64,000 nt of DNA from Syntrophaceae bacterium UBA4810 (GTDB lineage Bacteria > Desulfobacterota > Syntrophia > Syntrophales > Smithellaceae): positions 39,180-103,179 of the forward strand of contig DHGA01000037.1 in the NCBI GenBank assembly GCA_002402545.1, given 5' to 3'. Numbering within the stretch: position 1 is the stretch's first letter; the number at the start of each line of letters is the position of its first letter. The position numbers were made by a program, and so were the translations under genes. This document shows positions 18,491-28,300 of the stretch, one piece after another. The notes beneath the pieces were generated by a model that was given only the letters and a program-made list of their open reading frames with translations, was not told where the DNA came from and ran no database searches.

Positions 18491-19204
18491 ATGAGCCTTA
18501 TTCTGATTGTGGACGATAAAGAGGAAAATCGCTACCTGCTGAAAAGCCTGCTTACAGGTCAGGGCTACGAAGTTGTTAGCGCCATCCATGGCGCGGACGC
18601 GCTGGAAAAAGCGCGGATAACTCCGCCGGACATGATTATCGCCGATATTCTGATGCCGGTGATGGATGGCTTCGCTCTGTGCCGCCGCTGGAAAAATGAC
18701 GATCTTCTGAAATCAGTCCCTTTTATTTTTTATACCGCCACCTATACCGATGAGCGCGACCGGGCATTCGCCCTTAATCTGGGAGCAGATCGCTTTCTGG
18801 TCAAACCAATCGACCCGGAAGATTTTTTAAAGGTTGTCCAGGAAACATTAGAAGAATCCCCTGCGCTTTCCGCGGCAAAAGCTAAGCCGAAAACTAAAAA
18901 AGCAGAAGAAGAGGCAGAGTATCTGAAGCAATATAATGAGGTGCTGATACGCAAGCTGGAAGCCAAAATGGAACAATTGGAACAAGCTAATAAAAAATTG
19001 GAGCGCGATATAGATACTCATAAAAAAAAGAGCGATAAAAACGCGCGGCTCAAAAACGAGACGGAAAAGATGGTTGAAGAAAGGACAGCGGAACTAAAAA
19101 AAACAATCACCCAGCTCGAAGAACTCAACAAGGTATTTGTCGACCGCGAAATAAAAATGACTGAACTCAAAAAAAGAATTGAAGAGCTGGAGAAAAAATC
19201 GTGA
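18491..19204 (+). CDS. Response regulator receiver protein with C-terminal coiled coil
   Basis: 'ILIVDDKEENR...DMIIADILMPVMDG...LVKP' REC motifs. The C-terminal 'RTAEL..NKVFVDREIKMTELKKRIEELEK' matches the upstream sensor's C-terminus. Confidence 0.85.
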   Translation: MSLILIVDDKEENRYLLKSLLTGQGYEVVSAIHGADALEKARITPPDMIIADILMPVMDGFALCRRWKNDDLLKSVPFIFYTATYTDERDRAFALNLGADRFLVKPIDPEDFLKVVQETLEESPALSAAKAKPKTKKAEEEAEYLKQYNEVLIRKLEAKMEQLEQANKKLERDIDTHKKKSDKNARLKNETEKMVEERTAELKKTITQLEELNKVFVDREIKMTELKKRIEELEKKS

Positions 19205-19400
19205 AGCGCGTAAGCTCGGCGTATACCGGGTGAAGCGCAGAATATGTTAAATTTGGGAAACTTTTTTCGTCATTCCGGGTCCCGTATCCGGTACGGGGCA
19301 GGCCCGATCCGGAATCCAGAAAATAATTAATAAAACTGGATACCGGCTTTCGCCGGCATGACAGAGAAATGAGTGAAGCGTGAGGCGCGAGAGATGTTTC
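19201..19400. repeat. Composite intergenic element copy 2
   Basis: Same sequence of about 150 nt as 16879-17036, with a different internal hairpin insert ('tcccgtatccggtacggggcaggcccgat'). Confidence 0.85.
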
Positions 19401-19439
19401 ACGTGCGACGCATCATGAGATACAAACGGCGGAGTTCTT

Positions 19440-21566
19440 ATGCTTTACATTGACCTGATTTTGAATCTGGCAATGCTTGTCGCCCTGAGCGTTTTATCAG
19501 GGTTCATCGACAAGCGTTGGCCAAGAGACACGTGGCCGGGTGTCTTAATGCAAGGATTTCTTTTCGGAGCCGTTACCCTTCTCGGGATGCTGCGCCCGCT
19601 TGTGTTGGGGCCTGGATTGATCTTTGACGGCCGATCGATCATCATCAGCTTATGCGCGCTGTTCTTCGGCCATCCGGCCGTTTCTATTACAGCGGCAATG
19701 GCCGCCGCTTACCGCCTTGCGCTGGGCGGGCCGGGTGTTGTTATGGGTGTTTTGGTTATACTGACCGCGGCGGTTATTGGGCTTCTGATACGCCACTATT
19801 TGAGGCCACAAAACAACCCTCCTTCCGTATCGCAACTTTTTTTTCTTGGTTTAGCCGTGCATGTAACAATGGTGGCGCTAATGTTCACGCTACCTGGTGA
19901 ATTAGCTATGTCCACAATCAAACACCTTGGATTACCGGTCATTTTATTTTACCCCCTGGCAACAATTCTTGCCGGAAAAATTCTCTCCGACCAGAGTTCA
20001 GGACTACTCAGTATAAAGGCATTGCAGGAAAGCGAAGAACGCTACAAAAAACTGTTTGAAGAACATGTCGCGGTGAAATTGCTGATTGACCCGCATACCA
20101 CCGCTATTGTCGACGCCAATGAGGCGGCGGAAAAATTCTACGGCTGGCCGCGCGCAAAGCTCAAACAAATGAAAATATCCGATATCAACACGCTTTCGCC
20201 CGCGGAAATCCGGCAGGAAATGGAAAAAGCCCGCGCCCAAAAAAAAATATACTTTGAATTCCGCCACCGCCTTGCCGACGGCTCTATAAGAAATGTAGAG
20301 GTGTACACTTCCAAAATCGAGTTAAAAGGAAAGGAATTCCTCCATTCCATTATTCACGATGTCACCGAGCGCAAGCGGGCGGAAGAAGCGCTGCGCGAGA
20401 GTGAACTGAGAAGCCGCTCCCTTCTTCAGGCTATTCCTGACATGATGTTCATATATGACCGTGAGGGAACCTATCTCGACTATCATTCCAGCGATCCAAG
20501 TTTGCTGGCAGTTGAACCAGACAAGTTCCTGGGCAAATCCATCCGTGAAGTGCTCCCAGCAGATGTGGCGGAAAAATTTATTAGAGGTATTAAAAATACA
20601 CATAAAACTAAACAATTGCAAACCATAGAATATATTCTTGATTTGCCAAACGGAACGAAACATTTTGAAGCCCATATCATTGCCATGGACGATACACGGA
20701 TACTTACAATTGTTCGCGACGTTACCGAACGCCAACAGGCGGAACAAGAAATAAGAAAACTCTCCCAAGAGCTGGAACAGCGCGTGGACGAGCGCACGGA
20801 AGAACTGCATGAAAGCCAGCTGGCGTTGCTCAATGTGGTTGATGACTTAAACGAAAACGCGAAAAAACTGACCATAGCCAATGAGTCGCAGGAAGCGCTC
20901 AATAAAGAGCTGGAAGCCTTCTCCTATTCCGTGTCGCACGATTTGCGCGCGCCGCTCAGAAGCATCGACGGCTTCAGCGCGGCGCTTTTGGAAGACTACG
21001 GCGGCAAACTTGACGAAGCAGGAAAAGACTATCTGCAAAGGGTTCGCCGCGCCGCGCAGAACATGGGCGGGCTTATTGATGACTTGCTTAACCTATCGCG
21101 GGTAAGCAAAGCGGATTTTCACCCCAAACCTGTAAACTTAAGCAAAATGTTAATAGAAACAGTAAATTTCTGCAAAAAGCAGGCAGTCGCTAGAAATATA
21201 AAAGTTAAAATTCAAGATAATGTAACTGCCACAGCAGATGCTGCACTACTGCAAGTTGCCCTGGCTAACCTGATTGACAATGCATTCAAGTTTACCGGCA
21301 AGAAAGAAAACTCGCTTATCGAATTCGGAGTCAAAAATGAGGATGGACAAAATGTATTTTATATCCGCGATAACGGCACGGGATTTGATATGACTTATGT
21401 CGACAAATTATTCGGGCCATTTCAGCGTCTGCATACTTTTGATGAATTTGAAGGAACAGGCATAGGTTTGGCTACGGTGCAGAGAATCATTCACCGCCAC
21501 GGCGGAAAGATATGGGCGGAGAGCGAAGTAAATAAGGGAGCTGTTTTTTACTTCACATTACCGTAA
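19440..21566 (+). CDS. Sensor histidine kinase (LytS-type 5TM receptor + 2 PAS + HisKA + HATPase_c)
   Basis: N-terminal multi-TM region, two 'DVTERK/Q' PAS ends, H-box 'FSYSVSHDLRAPL', N box 'DNAFKF', G boxes 'DNGTGF' and 'GTGIGL'. Confidence 0.9.
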   Translation: MLYIDLILNLAMLVALSVLSGFIDKRWPRDTWPGVLMQGFLFGAVTLLGMLRPLVLGPGLIFDGRSIIISLCALFFGHPAVSITAAMAAAYRLALGGPGVVMGVLVILTAAVIGLLIRHYLRPQNNPPSVSQLFFLGLAVHVTMVALMFTLPGELAMSTIKHLGLPVILFYPLATILAGKILSDQSSGLLSIKALQESEERYKKLFEEHVAVKLLIDPHTTAIVDANEAAEKFYGWPRAKLKQMKISDINTLSPAEIRQEMEKARAQKKIYFEFRHRLADGSIRNVEVYTSKIELKGKEFLHSIIHDVTERKRAEEALRESELRSRSLLQAIPDMMFIYDREGTYLDYHSSDPSLLAVEPDKFLGKSIREVLPADVAEKFIRGIKNTHKTKQLQTIEYILDLPNGTKHFEAHIIAMDDTRILTIVRDVTERQQAEQEIRKLSQELEQRVDERTEELHESQLALLNVVDDLNENAKKLTIANESQEALNKELEAFSYSVSHDLRAPLRSIDGFSAALLEDYGGKLDEAGKDYLQRVRRAAQNMGGLIDDLLNLSRVSKADFHPKPVNLSKMLIETVNFCKKQAVARNIKVKIQDNVTATADAALLQVALANLIDNAFKFTGKKENSLIEFGVKNEDGQNVFYIRDNGTGFDMTYVDKLFGPFQRLHTFDEFEGTGIGLATVQRIIHRHGGKIWAESEVNKGAVFYFTLP

Positions 21567-21574
21567 AAAACATT

Positions 21575-21705
21575 GATTACGGAGATTAGGGGAAACGATT
21601 ACAACGATTAGGAAAAAAGATTACGGTGATTATAAAAGCCGATGATAGCGACGAAAATATGGTTACAACGATTAAAAAAAGTGATTACAGTGATAATAAT
21701 GGTGA
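21575..21705. repeat. Array of degenerate 12-mers GATTAC(R)(R)(Y)GAT upstream of and running into the GxxExxY gene
   Basis: The units gattacggagat, gattacaacgat, gattacggtgat, ggttacaacgat and gattacagtgat are visible at irregular spacing of about 20-35 nt. Confidence 0.8.
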
Positions 21706-22066
21706 ACGGGATCCTTTAACAGGCAAAATTATTGAAGCCTGTTTTCATGTTCATACCACCTTAGGTCCTGGTTTTGTCGAGCGCATTTATTTGAATGCTT
21801 TAAAAATTGCTTTAGAAAAACTATCTTTGCAATTTGCCGCGGAAAAAGAGTTTGCTGTTACGTATGAAGAGCAACCGGCAGGTAAATTCAGGGTTGATCT
21901 CTTCGTCGAAAATCAGGTGATTGTTGAATTAAAAGCGGCGGAGGGAAGGATGCCCAAAATCTTTGAAAGCCAGGTGATTTCTTACTTAAAGGCATCCGGC
22001 ATAAAAGTAGGACTGCTTGTTAATTTCGGCAACAGGAGCTGTGAAGTTAGAAGATTAATGATATGA
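21659..22066 (+). CDS. GxxExxY family protein (PD-(D/E)XK-like)
   Basis: 'LGPGFVERIY' is the GxxExxY signature, and the C-terminus is 'GLLVNFG'. Start uncertain (21626 or 21659) because the 5' end runs into the repeat array. Confidence 0.75.
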   Translation: MVTTIKKSDYSDNNGERDPLTGKIIEACFHVHTTLGPGFVERIYLNALKIALEKLSLQFAAEKEFAVTYEEQPAGKFRVDLFVENQVIVELKAAEGRMPKIFESQVISYLKASGIKVGLLVNFGNRSCEVRRLMI

Positions 22067-22074
22067 AAGACAAG

Positions 22075-22169
22075 ATTACAACGATGAAAAGAAAAGATTG
22101 CAGCGATGCCTTAATCACGGTAATCGTCGTTCCTGAATCGCAGTAATCTTGTTTGCTAATCGCTGTAAT
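22075..22169. repeat. Same 12-mers downstream of the GxxExxY gene, two direct and three inverted
   Basis: Direct: gattacaacgat (22075) and gattgcagcgat (22096). Reverse-complement: atcacggtaatc (22113), atcgcagtaatc (22136) and atcgctgtaatc (22158). Confidence 0.8.
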
Positions 22170-22191
22170 CACACAATGAGAGGAGCGAATT

Positions 22192-22635
22192 GTGGAAAAC
22201 AAATTCATTTTACTGGTGGAAGACAACCCGGATGACGTGGCGCTGACGCTGCGGGCGTTCAAGCAAAACAAAATTCTCAATGAAGTCATCGTCGCCCGCG
22301 ACGGAGAGGAGGCGCTGGATTATCTTTTCGGCAGCGGCAAAAATAAAGACCGCAACATGATAAATCTGCCGGCGGTGATTCTGCTGGATTTGAAACTCCC
22401 CAAAAAAGACGGGTTGGAAGTACTCAAGGAAATCCGCGGCAATGAACTGACCAGGCTGATACCGGTAGTGATTCTCACCTCTTCCAGGCAGGAAGATGAT
22501 ATCGCCGCAGGCTATAAACTGGGCGCCAACAGCTACGTGCGCAAACCGGTAGATTTCAACGACTTTGTACAAGCAAGCAAAGCGCTCGGGCTTTACTGGC
22601 TTTTATACAATGAACCGCCACCCAGGAAAACGTGA
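22192..22635 (+). CDS. Stand-alone CheY-like response regulator receiver
   Basis: 'ILLVEDNPDDV...VILLDLKLPKKDG...YVRKP'. Apparent GTG start behind GAGAGGAG. Confidence 0.85.
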   Translation: MENKFILLVEDNPDDVALTLRAFKQNKILNEVIVARDGEEALDYLFGSGKNKDRNMINLPAVILLDLKLPKKDGLEVLKEIRGNELTRLIPVVILTSSRQEDDIAAGYKLGANSYVRKPVDFNDFVQASKALGLYWLLYNEPPPRKT

Positions 22636-22704
22636 AGCGCACCTCGTGAAGAGTGAAGCGGAAACTACGAGATATGAAATCCGGCGAATGCCGGACGCTT
22701 CACT
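22631..22704. repeat. CGTGAAG direct repeats + 34-nt hairpin motif (second copy)
   Basis: 'cgtgaagcgcacctcgtgaagagtgaagcgg...gatatgaaatccggcgaatgccggacgcttcact'. 32 of 34 nt are identical to 17050-17083. Confidence 0.8.
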
Positions 22705-22735
22705 ATATACAAAAAAAATAAAGGAAAGTTTACCG

Positions 22736-24913
22736 ATGAAAAATAATAACAATATGGAAACAGCTAAACTAAAACCACTGCGCGTTTTGATTGTCGAAGA
22801 CAATGAAGACGATGCTCTCTTGGTCATCAGAGAGCTGGGGAAAAACGACTACAAGCCCGACTATGAACGGGTGGAAACCGCCGCGGAAATGAAAACGGCG
22901 CTGAACGAAAAAACCTGGGACATCATTTTATGCGATTATAAGCTGCCAAAATTCAGCGCTCCGAAGGCCATTGAACTATTGAAAGAAACAAGAATAGATA
23001 TTCCCCTCATTGTTATATCCGGCACCATCGGCGAAGAAACAGCCATCGAATGTATGAAAGCAGGGGCCCGCGATTTTTTCATGAAAGGCAAATTATCGCG
23101 CCTGGCCGCAGCTATTGAAAGAGAGATAAAAGAAGCGGAAATGAGGCGCAGACAAAGAGAGGCTGAAGAAGCTCTGCTCGCCAGTGAAGAAAAATATCGT
23201 CTAGTCGTGGAAAACGCCCAGGAAGCCATTATCGTCACGCAGGATTTAAAAGTGGTTTTCTCCAATCGGGCGGCTATCGGCCAAAGTGGATACCCAGAAG
23301 AAATATTTCTATCCCAACCTTTCACAAATTTCATTCACCCCGATGACCGGAACATGGTTGCCGATAATCATTTTAGAAGGCTTAAAGGCGAAGAAATACC
23401 CGAAGTGCAGAATTTCAGAATAATCCGGGAAGACGGTGACATAAGGTGGGTAAACCTCAGCTCAGCGATAATATCGTGGAAGGGCAAACCGGCTGTCTTA
23501 AATTTTTTAAATGATATTACCGAACAAAAAAAAGCGGAAGAGATATTAAGACAAAGCGAAGAAAAATACCGTATGATAGCGGAAAATATGACGGACGTCA
23601 TCACGGTTATGGACATGAACCTAAGCTTCACTTTTGTCAGCCCGTCAATTACCCGTCTGCGCGGCTTTACTGTCGAAGAGTCGATGGAGCAGACCCTAGA
23701 GGATGTGATGACGCCGGAATCCCTTAAGCTTATCTCCCAGATTTACACCGAAGAAATTGAGCGGGAAGCAGCCGGAGATGCCGATCCTAATCGTACACGC
23801 TTTATGGAATTAAATGAATACCGGAAAGATGGCTCCACAATGTGGGCGGAAGTCGGCATTTCTTTCCTGCGCGACTCTGATGGGCGCCCTGTTGGAATCT
23901 TGAGCACAACCCGTGATTGCAATACGCGCAAAAAAACGGAAGATGCCCTCAGGCAAAGCGAAGAAAAATACAGATTACTCTTCGAGTATTCCCCCATGGG
24001 CCTTTTGTACTTCGACAAAAACGGCGTCATAATGGCGTGTAATGACAATTTCGTGAAGATTATCGGCTCTTCGCTCGAAGCACTCATCGGCCTGAACATG
24101 CTTAACCTGCCTGACAAGGGCATTGTCTCCGCCGTAAGGCAGGCGCTCAACGGCAGCACCGGATTATATGAGGGTATATATCATTCCGTGACCGCGCCGA
24201 AAATCACACCAGTAAAAGCGCTTTTTACGCCCATGAACGCGGAAGGGGGCGTTGTGCAAGGAGGCATGGGCATTATTGAAGATGTTACGGAACAAATAGA
24301 AATAGAGAACGAACGCAAACAAAACTTAGAAAAGGCAAGCAAGGCGCTGCATGCCACGGTCCGGGCAATGGCCTCAATTGTTGAGACGCGCGATCCTTAC
24401 ACTGCCGGCCATCAGCACAGAGTCGCCGACCTGGCGCGGGCGATTGCCGCCGAAATGAATCTTGCCGGAGAACAAATTGAAGGCATCCACATGGCGGGGA
24501 CAATTCACGATATCGGAAAGATATCCGTTCCGGCTGAAATACTCACCAAACCGGGCAAACTCACGGAAATTGAATACGGCCTGGTCAAAACTCATCCCCT
24601 TGCCGGCCATGATATCTTAAAAGACATTGATTTTCCCTGGCCGGTGGCCGATGCCGTATTGCAGCATCACGAGAGGATAGACGGATCCGGTTACCCCGAA
24701 GGGCTAAAAGGCGAAGCCATCTTGCCTGAAGCGCGGATTCTGGCTGTAGCTGATGTCGTGGAAGCCATCGCCTCGCATCGCCCCTACCGGCCATCACTGG
24801 GAATTGAGGCGGCAATAGAAGAGATTTACAAAAACAGATTAATCCTTTATGATAGCAATGTTGTGGACGCCTGCATAAAATTGTTTCGCGAGAAGGGATA
24901 TAAGCTGATTTAA
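22736..24913 (+). CDS. Response regulator (REC) - multi-PAS - HD-GYP domain protein (putative c-di-GMP phosphodiesterase)
   Basis: REC 'VLIVEDNEDD..CDYKLPKF'. Several PAS ends ('DITEQKKAEE', 'EDVTEQ'). HD-GYP 'DPYTAGHQHRV..HDIGK..HHERIDGSGYP'. ATG 22736 preferred because upstream in-frame codons lie in repeat sequence. Confidence 0.9.
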   Translation: MKNNNNMETAKLKPLRVLIVEDNEDDALLVIRELGKNDYKPDYERVETAAEMKTALNEKTWDIILCDYKLPKFSAPKAIELLKETRIDIPLIVISGTIGEETAIECMKAGARDFFMKGKLSRLAAAIEREIKEAEMRRRQREAEEALLASEEKYRLVVENAQEAIIVTQDLKVVFSNRAAIGQSGYPEEIFLSQPFTNFIHPDDRNMVADNHFRRLKGEEIPEVQNFRIIREDGDIRWVNLSSAIISWKGKPAVLNFLNDITEQKKAEEILRQSEEKYRMIAENMTDVITVMDMNLSFTFVSPSITRLRGFTVEESMEQTLEDVMTPESLKLISQIYTEEIEREAAGDADPNRTRFMELNEYRKDGSTMWAEVGISFLRDSDGRPVGILSTTRDCNTRKKTEDALRQSEEKYRLLFEYSPMGLLYFDKNGVIMACNDNFVKIIGSSLEALIGLNMLNLPDKGIVSAVRQALNGSTGLYEGIYHSVTAPKITPVKALFTPMNAEGGVVQGGMGIIEDVTEQIEIENERKQNLEKASKALHATVRAMASIVETRDPYTAGHQHRVADLARAIAAEMNLAGEQIEGIHMAGTIHDIGKISVPAEILTKPGKLTEIEYGLVKTHPLAGHDILKDIDFPWPVADAVLQHHERIDGSGYPEGLKGEAILPEARILAVADVVEAIASHRPYRPSLGIEAAIEEIYKNRLILYDSNVVDACIKLFREKGYKLI

Positions 24914-24923
24914 AAGCGTAATT

Positions 24924-25368
24924 CGTGAAGCGTCGTCCGTGAAGAGGATATGGAAGGGAAGAGTACAATAATTGTCATACCGTCGAAAGACGGTATCCAG
25001 AAAGCTAATAATCACTGGATTCCGGCTTTCGAGGTTGTGTCGTAATGTCTTTGCGAGTAAATATAATGAGCGAAGCAAACTCATAAGTCTTTGATAATAT
25101 ATAGCTTGCCACACGCACTATCGTGCGTTCGCAATGACAACTGAAAATTACGACACAGTCTCTTCGCCGGAATGACGGAAATGGTTGTTTTACATAGTTA
25201 TGCAAAGATCTCAAACGAAAGCTACATTGACGCTTTTTTGTCATACCGCCGAAAGACGGTATCCAGGCGCCGTCACGGCGAAGGCCGGGAACCAGGAAAT
25301 CATTTATAATACTGGATTCCGGCGTGCGCCGGAATGACGAATCAATAAAGCGAGAGATACGCTTCACG
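24924..25368. repeat. Large intergenic block of family A and family B palindromic repeats
   Basis: Contains 'gtcataccgtcgaaagacggtatccag', 'tgtctttgcgagtaa..gcgaagcaaact', 'gttcgcaatgac', 'gtcataccgccgaaagacggtatccag' and 'ctggattccggcgtgcgccggaatgac', bracketed by cgtgaagcg ... cgcttcacg. Confidence 0.8.
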
Positions 25369-25390
25369 AGACGCGGAGAACGAAATTAAA

Positions 25391-28300
25391 ATGAAAAAAA
25401 CCACTCCGGCAACAGAAAAAAAACGCCAACTCCAGACGGATGACTCAAAATCCCTGCGGGTTTTATTGATCGAAGACAACGAAGACGACGCCCTGCTCGT
25501 TTTAAGAGAGCTGAAAAAAGGCGGCTTTGATCCCGTCTATGAACGGGTGGAAACAGCCGCGGCCATGAAAAAAGCCCTCAAAGAAGAGCAATGGGACATT
25601 GTCCTTTCCGATTACAAACTTCCAAAATTCGACGGCATCCAGGCCATTAACCTGCTGAGAGAAACTCAGCTTGATATCCCTCTGCTCATTGTTTCCGGCA
25701 CCATCGGCGAACAAACAGCCGTGGAATGCATGAGAGCGGGCGCCCTTGATTATGTAATGAAAAACAATTTAACGCGCCTCTGCCCGGCAATTGAGAGGGA
25801 GCTTAAAGAAGCTCAGGTAAGAAACAGGCAGCGGCTGGCGGATGAAGTCATACGCGAGAGTGAGGGGCGATACCGGACTATACTTGATGAAATGGACGAT
25901 ACGTATTTCGAGATAGACCTCGCCGGTAATTTTACCTTCGTTAATGACACGATGTGCAGAGTACTGGGATATTCCAGAGAGAAATTGCTCACGATGAACT
26001 TCCGGGTTCAAATGGCCAAGGATGACATCGAACATGTGTATAATATTTTTGGCAAGATCTACAGAACCGGCAATCCGGAAAAAAACTTTCTCTACAAGTT
26101 TATAAACAAGGATGGAGCCATAAGATTTGCCGATACTTCAGCTTTCCCCCTGCAAAACCAACAAGGCAAGACCATAGGATTTCGAGGAATTGGCCGTGAC
26201 ATCACCGAAAGCAAGAAAGCGGAAAACGCGCTACGGGAACGAAACAGAGAGCTTGACAACCTCATGAGCAATCTGCCGGGCATGGTTTACCGATGCGCTA
26301 ATGACCGTGAATGGACGATGTTTTTTATCGGCGAAGGCTGCCTGGCCCTGACCGGCTATAATCCGGAGGATTTGCTCAACAATAAAAAACGCAGCTTCAA
26401 CGACCTGGTGATGCCTGAATACCGCGAAAACCTTTGGCAAAAATGGCAAGAAGCGCTTGCCGAGCGAGCTACTTTTGAAGATGAATACCCGATCCGAACC
26501 GCCGGAGGGGACATCAAATGGGTATGGGAACGAGGACGCGGGGTCTATGATACAGACGGGCAACTGCTCTTTCTGGAGGGCTACATCGAAGACATTAGCG
26601 CAAGCAAAAAGGCACAATGGGCATTAAGAAAGAGCGAAGAAAACTTCCGTCGCTCCATAGATGACTCACCGCTGGGCGTGCGCATCTCCACAAAGCACGC
26701 CGAAACAATATACGCCAATAAGGCGATATTGGATATGTATGGTTATAAGAACTTTGCGGAGTTCAAAAATACTCCGGTGAAAGACCGCTATACTCCTCAG
26801 AGCTATTCCGGTTATCTGCTCAGAAGTAAAGAGAGAAAACAGGGTAAGCTCGGTCCATCCGAATACGAAATAAGCATTATCCGAAAAAACGGCGAAGTCC
26901 GCCATCTGCGGGCGTTTCGCAAGGAAATTCTCTGGAACGGTGAAAAGCAGGCACAGATAATATACATGGACATCACCGAACGGAAACAGGCGCAGGAAAA
27001 GCTTCAGCAAAGTGAGGAAAGTTTCCGGCTTACTTTTAACAGCACTTCCGATGTTATTTTTACCCTCGATACCCAATTAAGATTACACGCAATAACGCCC
27101 AGCGTGGAAAAAGTTCTCGGATACAACACCGAAGAACTTAACGGCAAGTCTCTTCCCAGCCTGAATATCATGAGCCCGGAATCACAACAGAAAGCTTCCC
27201 TGCACGTCAGCAAAATACTTTCGGGAAAATATGCGCCGCCGGCCGTATATGAATTCATTTTCAAAGACGGAAGAAAAGGTTTTGGCGAAATCACCGCTTC
27301 TCCCATTATCAAAGAAAATAAAATTATCGGCGTCACCTGCATATCCCGCGATATTACCGAACGCCTAAAAATAGAAGCCGAAAGACAGGGCGCGCTCGTC
27401 GCGCTGCGCGAGAGCGAGGAAAAGTACCGAAATATTCTGGAAAATATCGAAGACGGCTATTACGAAGTGGACCTGGCCGGCAATTTAACCTTCTTCAACG
27501 ATTCAGTATGCCGAATATCAGGGTACGAGAGAGAAGAGCTAATGGGCATGAACCACCGGCACTATACAGCCCCTGAAAACATAAAAGAAATCTTAAAAAC
27601 TTTTAACCAGGTTTACACAACAGGAATTCCCGCTAAAGGATTCGACTGGAAAACCATAAAAAAAGACGGGGAAAAGAGATCTTTTGAAACATCTGTGTCG
27701 TTGCTGAAGGATGCATCAAACAAACCAGCCGGCTTTAGAGGCATCATGCGCGACATTACCGAACGCAAAAAGGCGGAAGAAGCGCTCCAAGAAAGCGAAT
27801 CTTCTATTAAAGCTGTGTTGGGATCTACGGCAGATGGTATTTTGGCGATTGGAAAAAATAGATCTGTGCTTTATGCCAATGATCGTTTTGCGGAAATATG
27901 GCAGATTTCCAAAGATGTCATGGAAAGCAAAGATGATTCGGTACTTCTGCAACATGTTCTCGATCAGCTGGCTGATCCCGATGGCTTTATTAAGAAAGTT
28001 GAAGAACTTTATAATTCCGATGAAGAAGATTTTGACACAATTAATTTTAAGGACGGTAGAATATTTGAGCGTTTCTCTTGTCCTTTACTAAAAGAAACAG
28101 AGATAATGGGTCGTGTGTGGTCTTTTCGTGACATCACCGAACGCAAAAAAGCGGAAGATGCGATACGCAATAGTGAATACATCATGAGAAAATCACAGGA
28201 AGTAGCGCGTTTCGGCTCGTATACCCTTGATGTCAAAAAAGGAACCTGGATTAGCTCCAAGGTGCTCGATGATATTTTTGGCATTGACGAGAGTTACCCC

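Noticed and set aside
21575-22169. Possibility that the GATTAC-type repeats form a CRISPR array
   Set aside because: The units are only 12 nt, degenerate, irregularly spaced and occur in both orientations. No cas genes are in the window.
22565-22735. The longer N-terminus of the 782-aa ORF, and likewise 17022-17108 for the 480-aa ORF
   Set aside because: The extra codons translate the conserved 34-nt hairpin and CGTGAAG repeats ('TRYEIRR(L/M)PDASL' in both). ATGs with RBS-like sequence lie downstream at 22736 and 17109.
24585-25367. Three overlapping minus-strand ORFs (127, 91 and 120 aa) between the two HD-GYP genes
   Set aside because: They lie in or run into the 450-nt repeat block. They lack RBSs and coherent domains, and similar pseudo-ORFs appear wherever the repeats occur.
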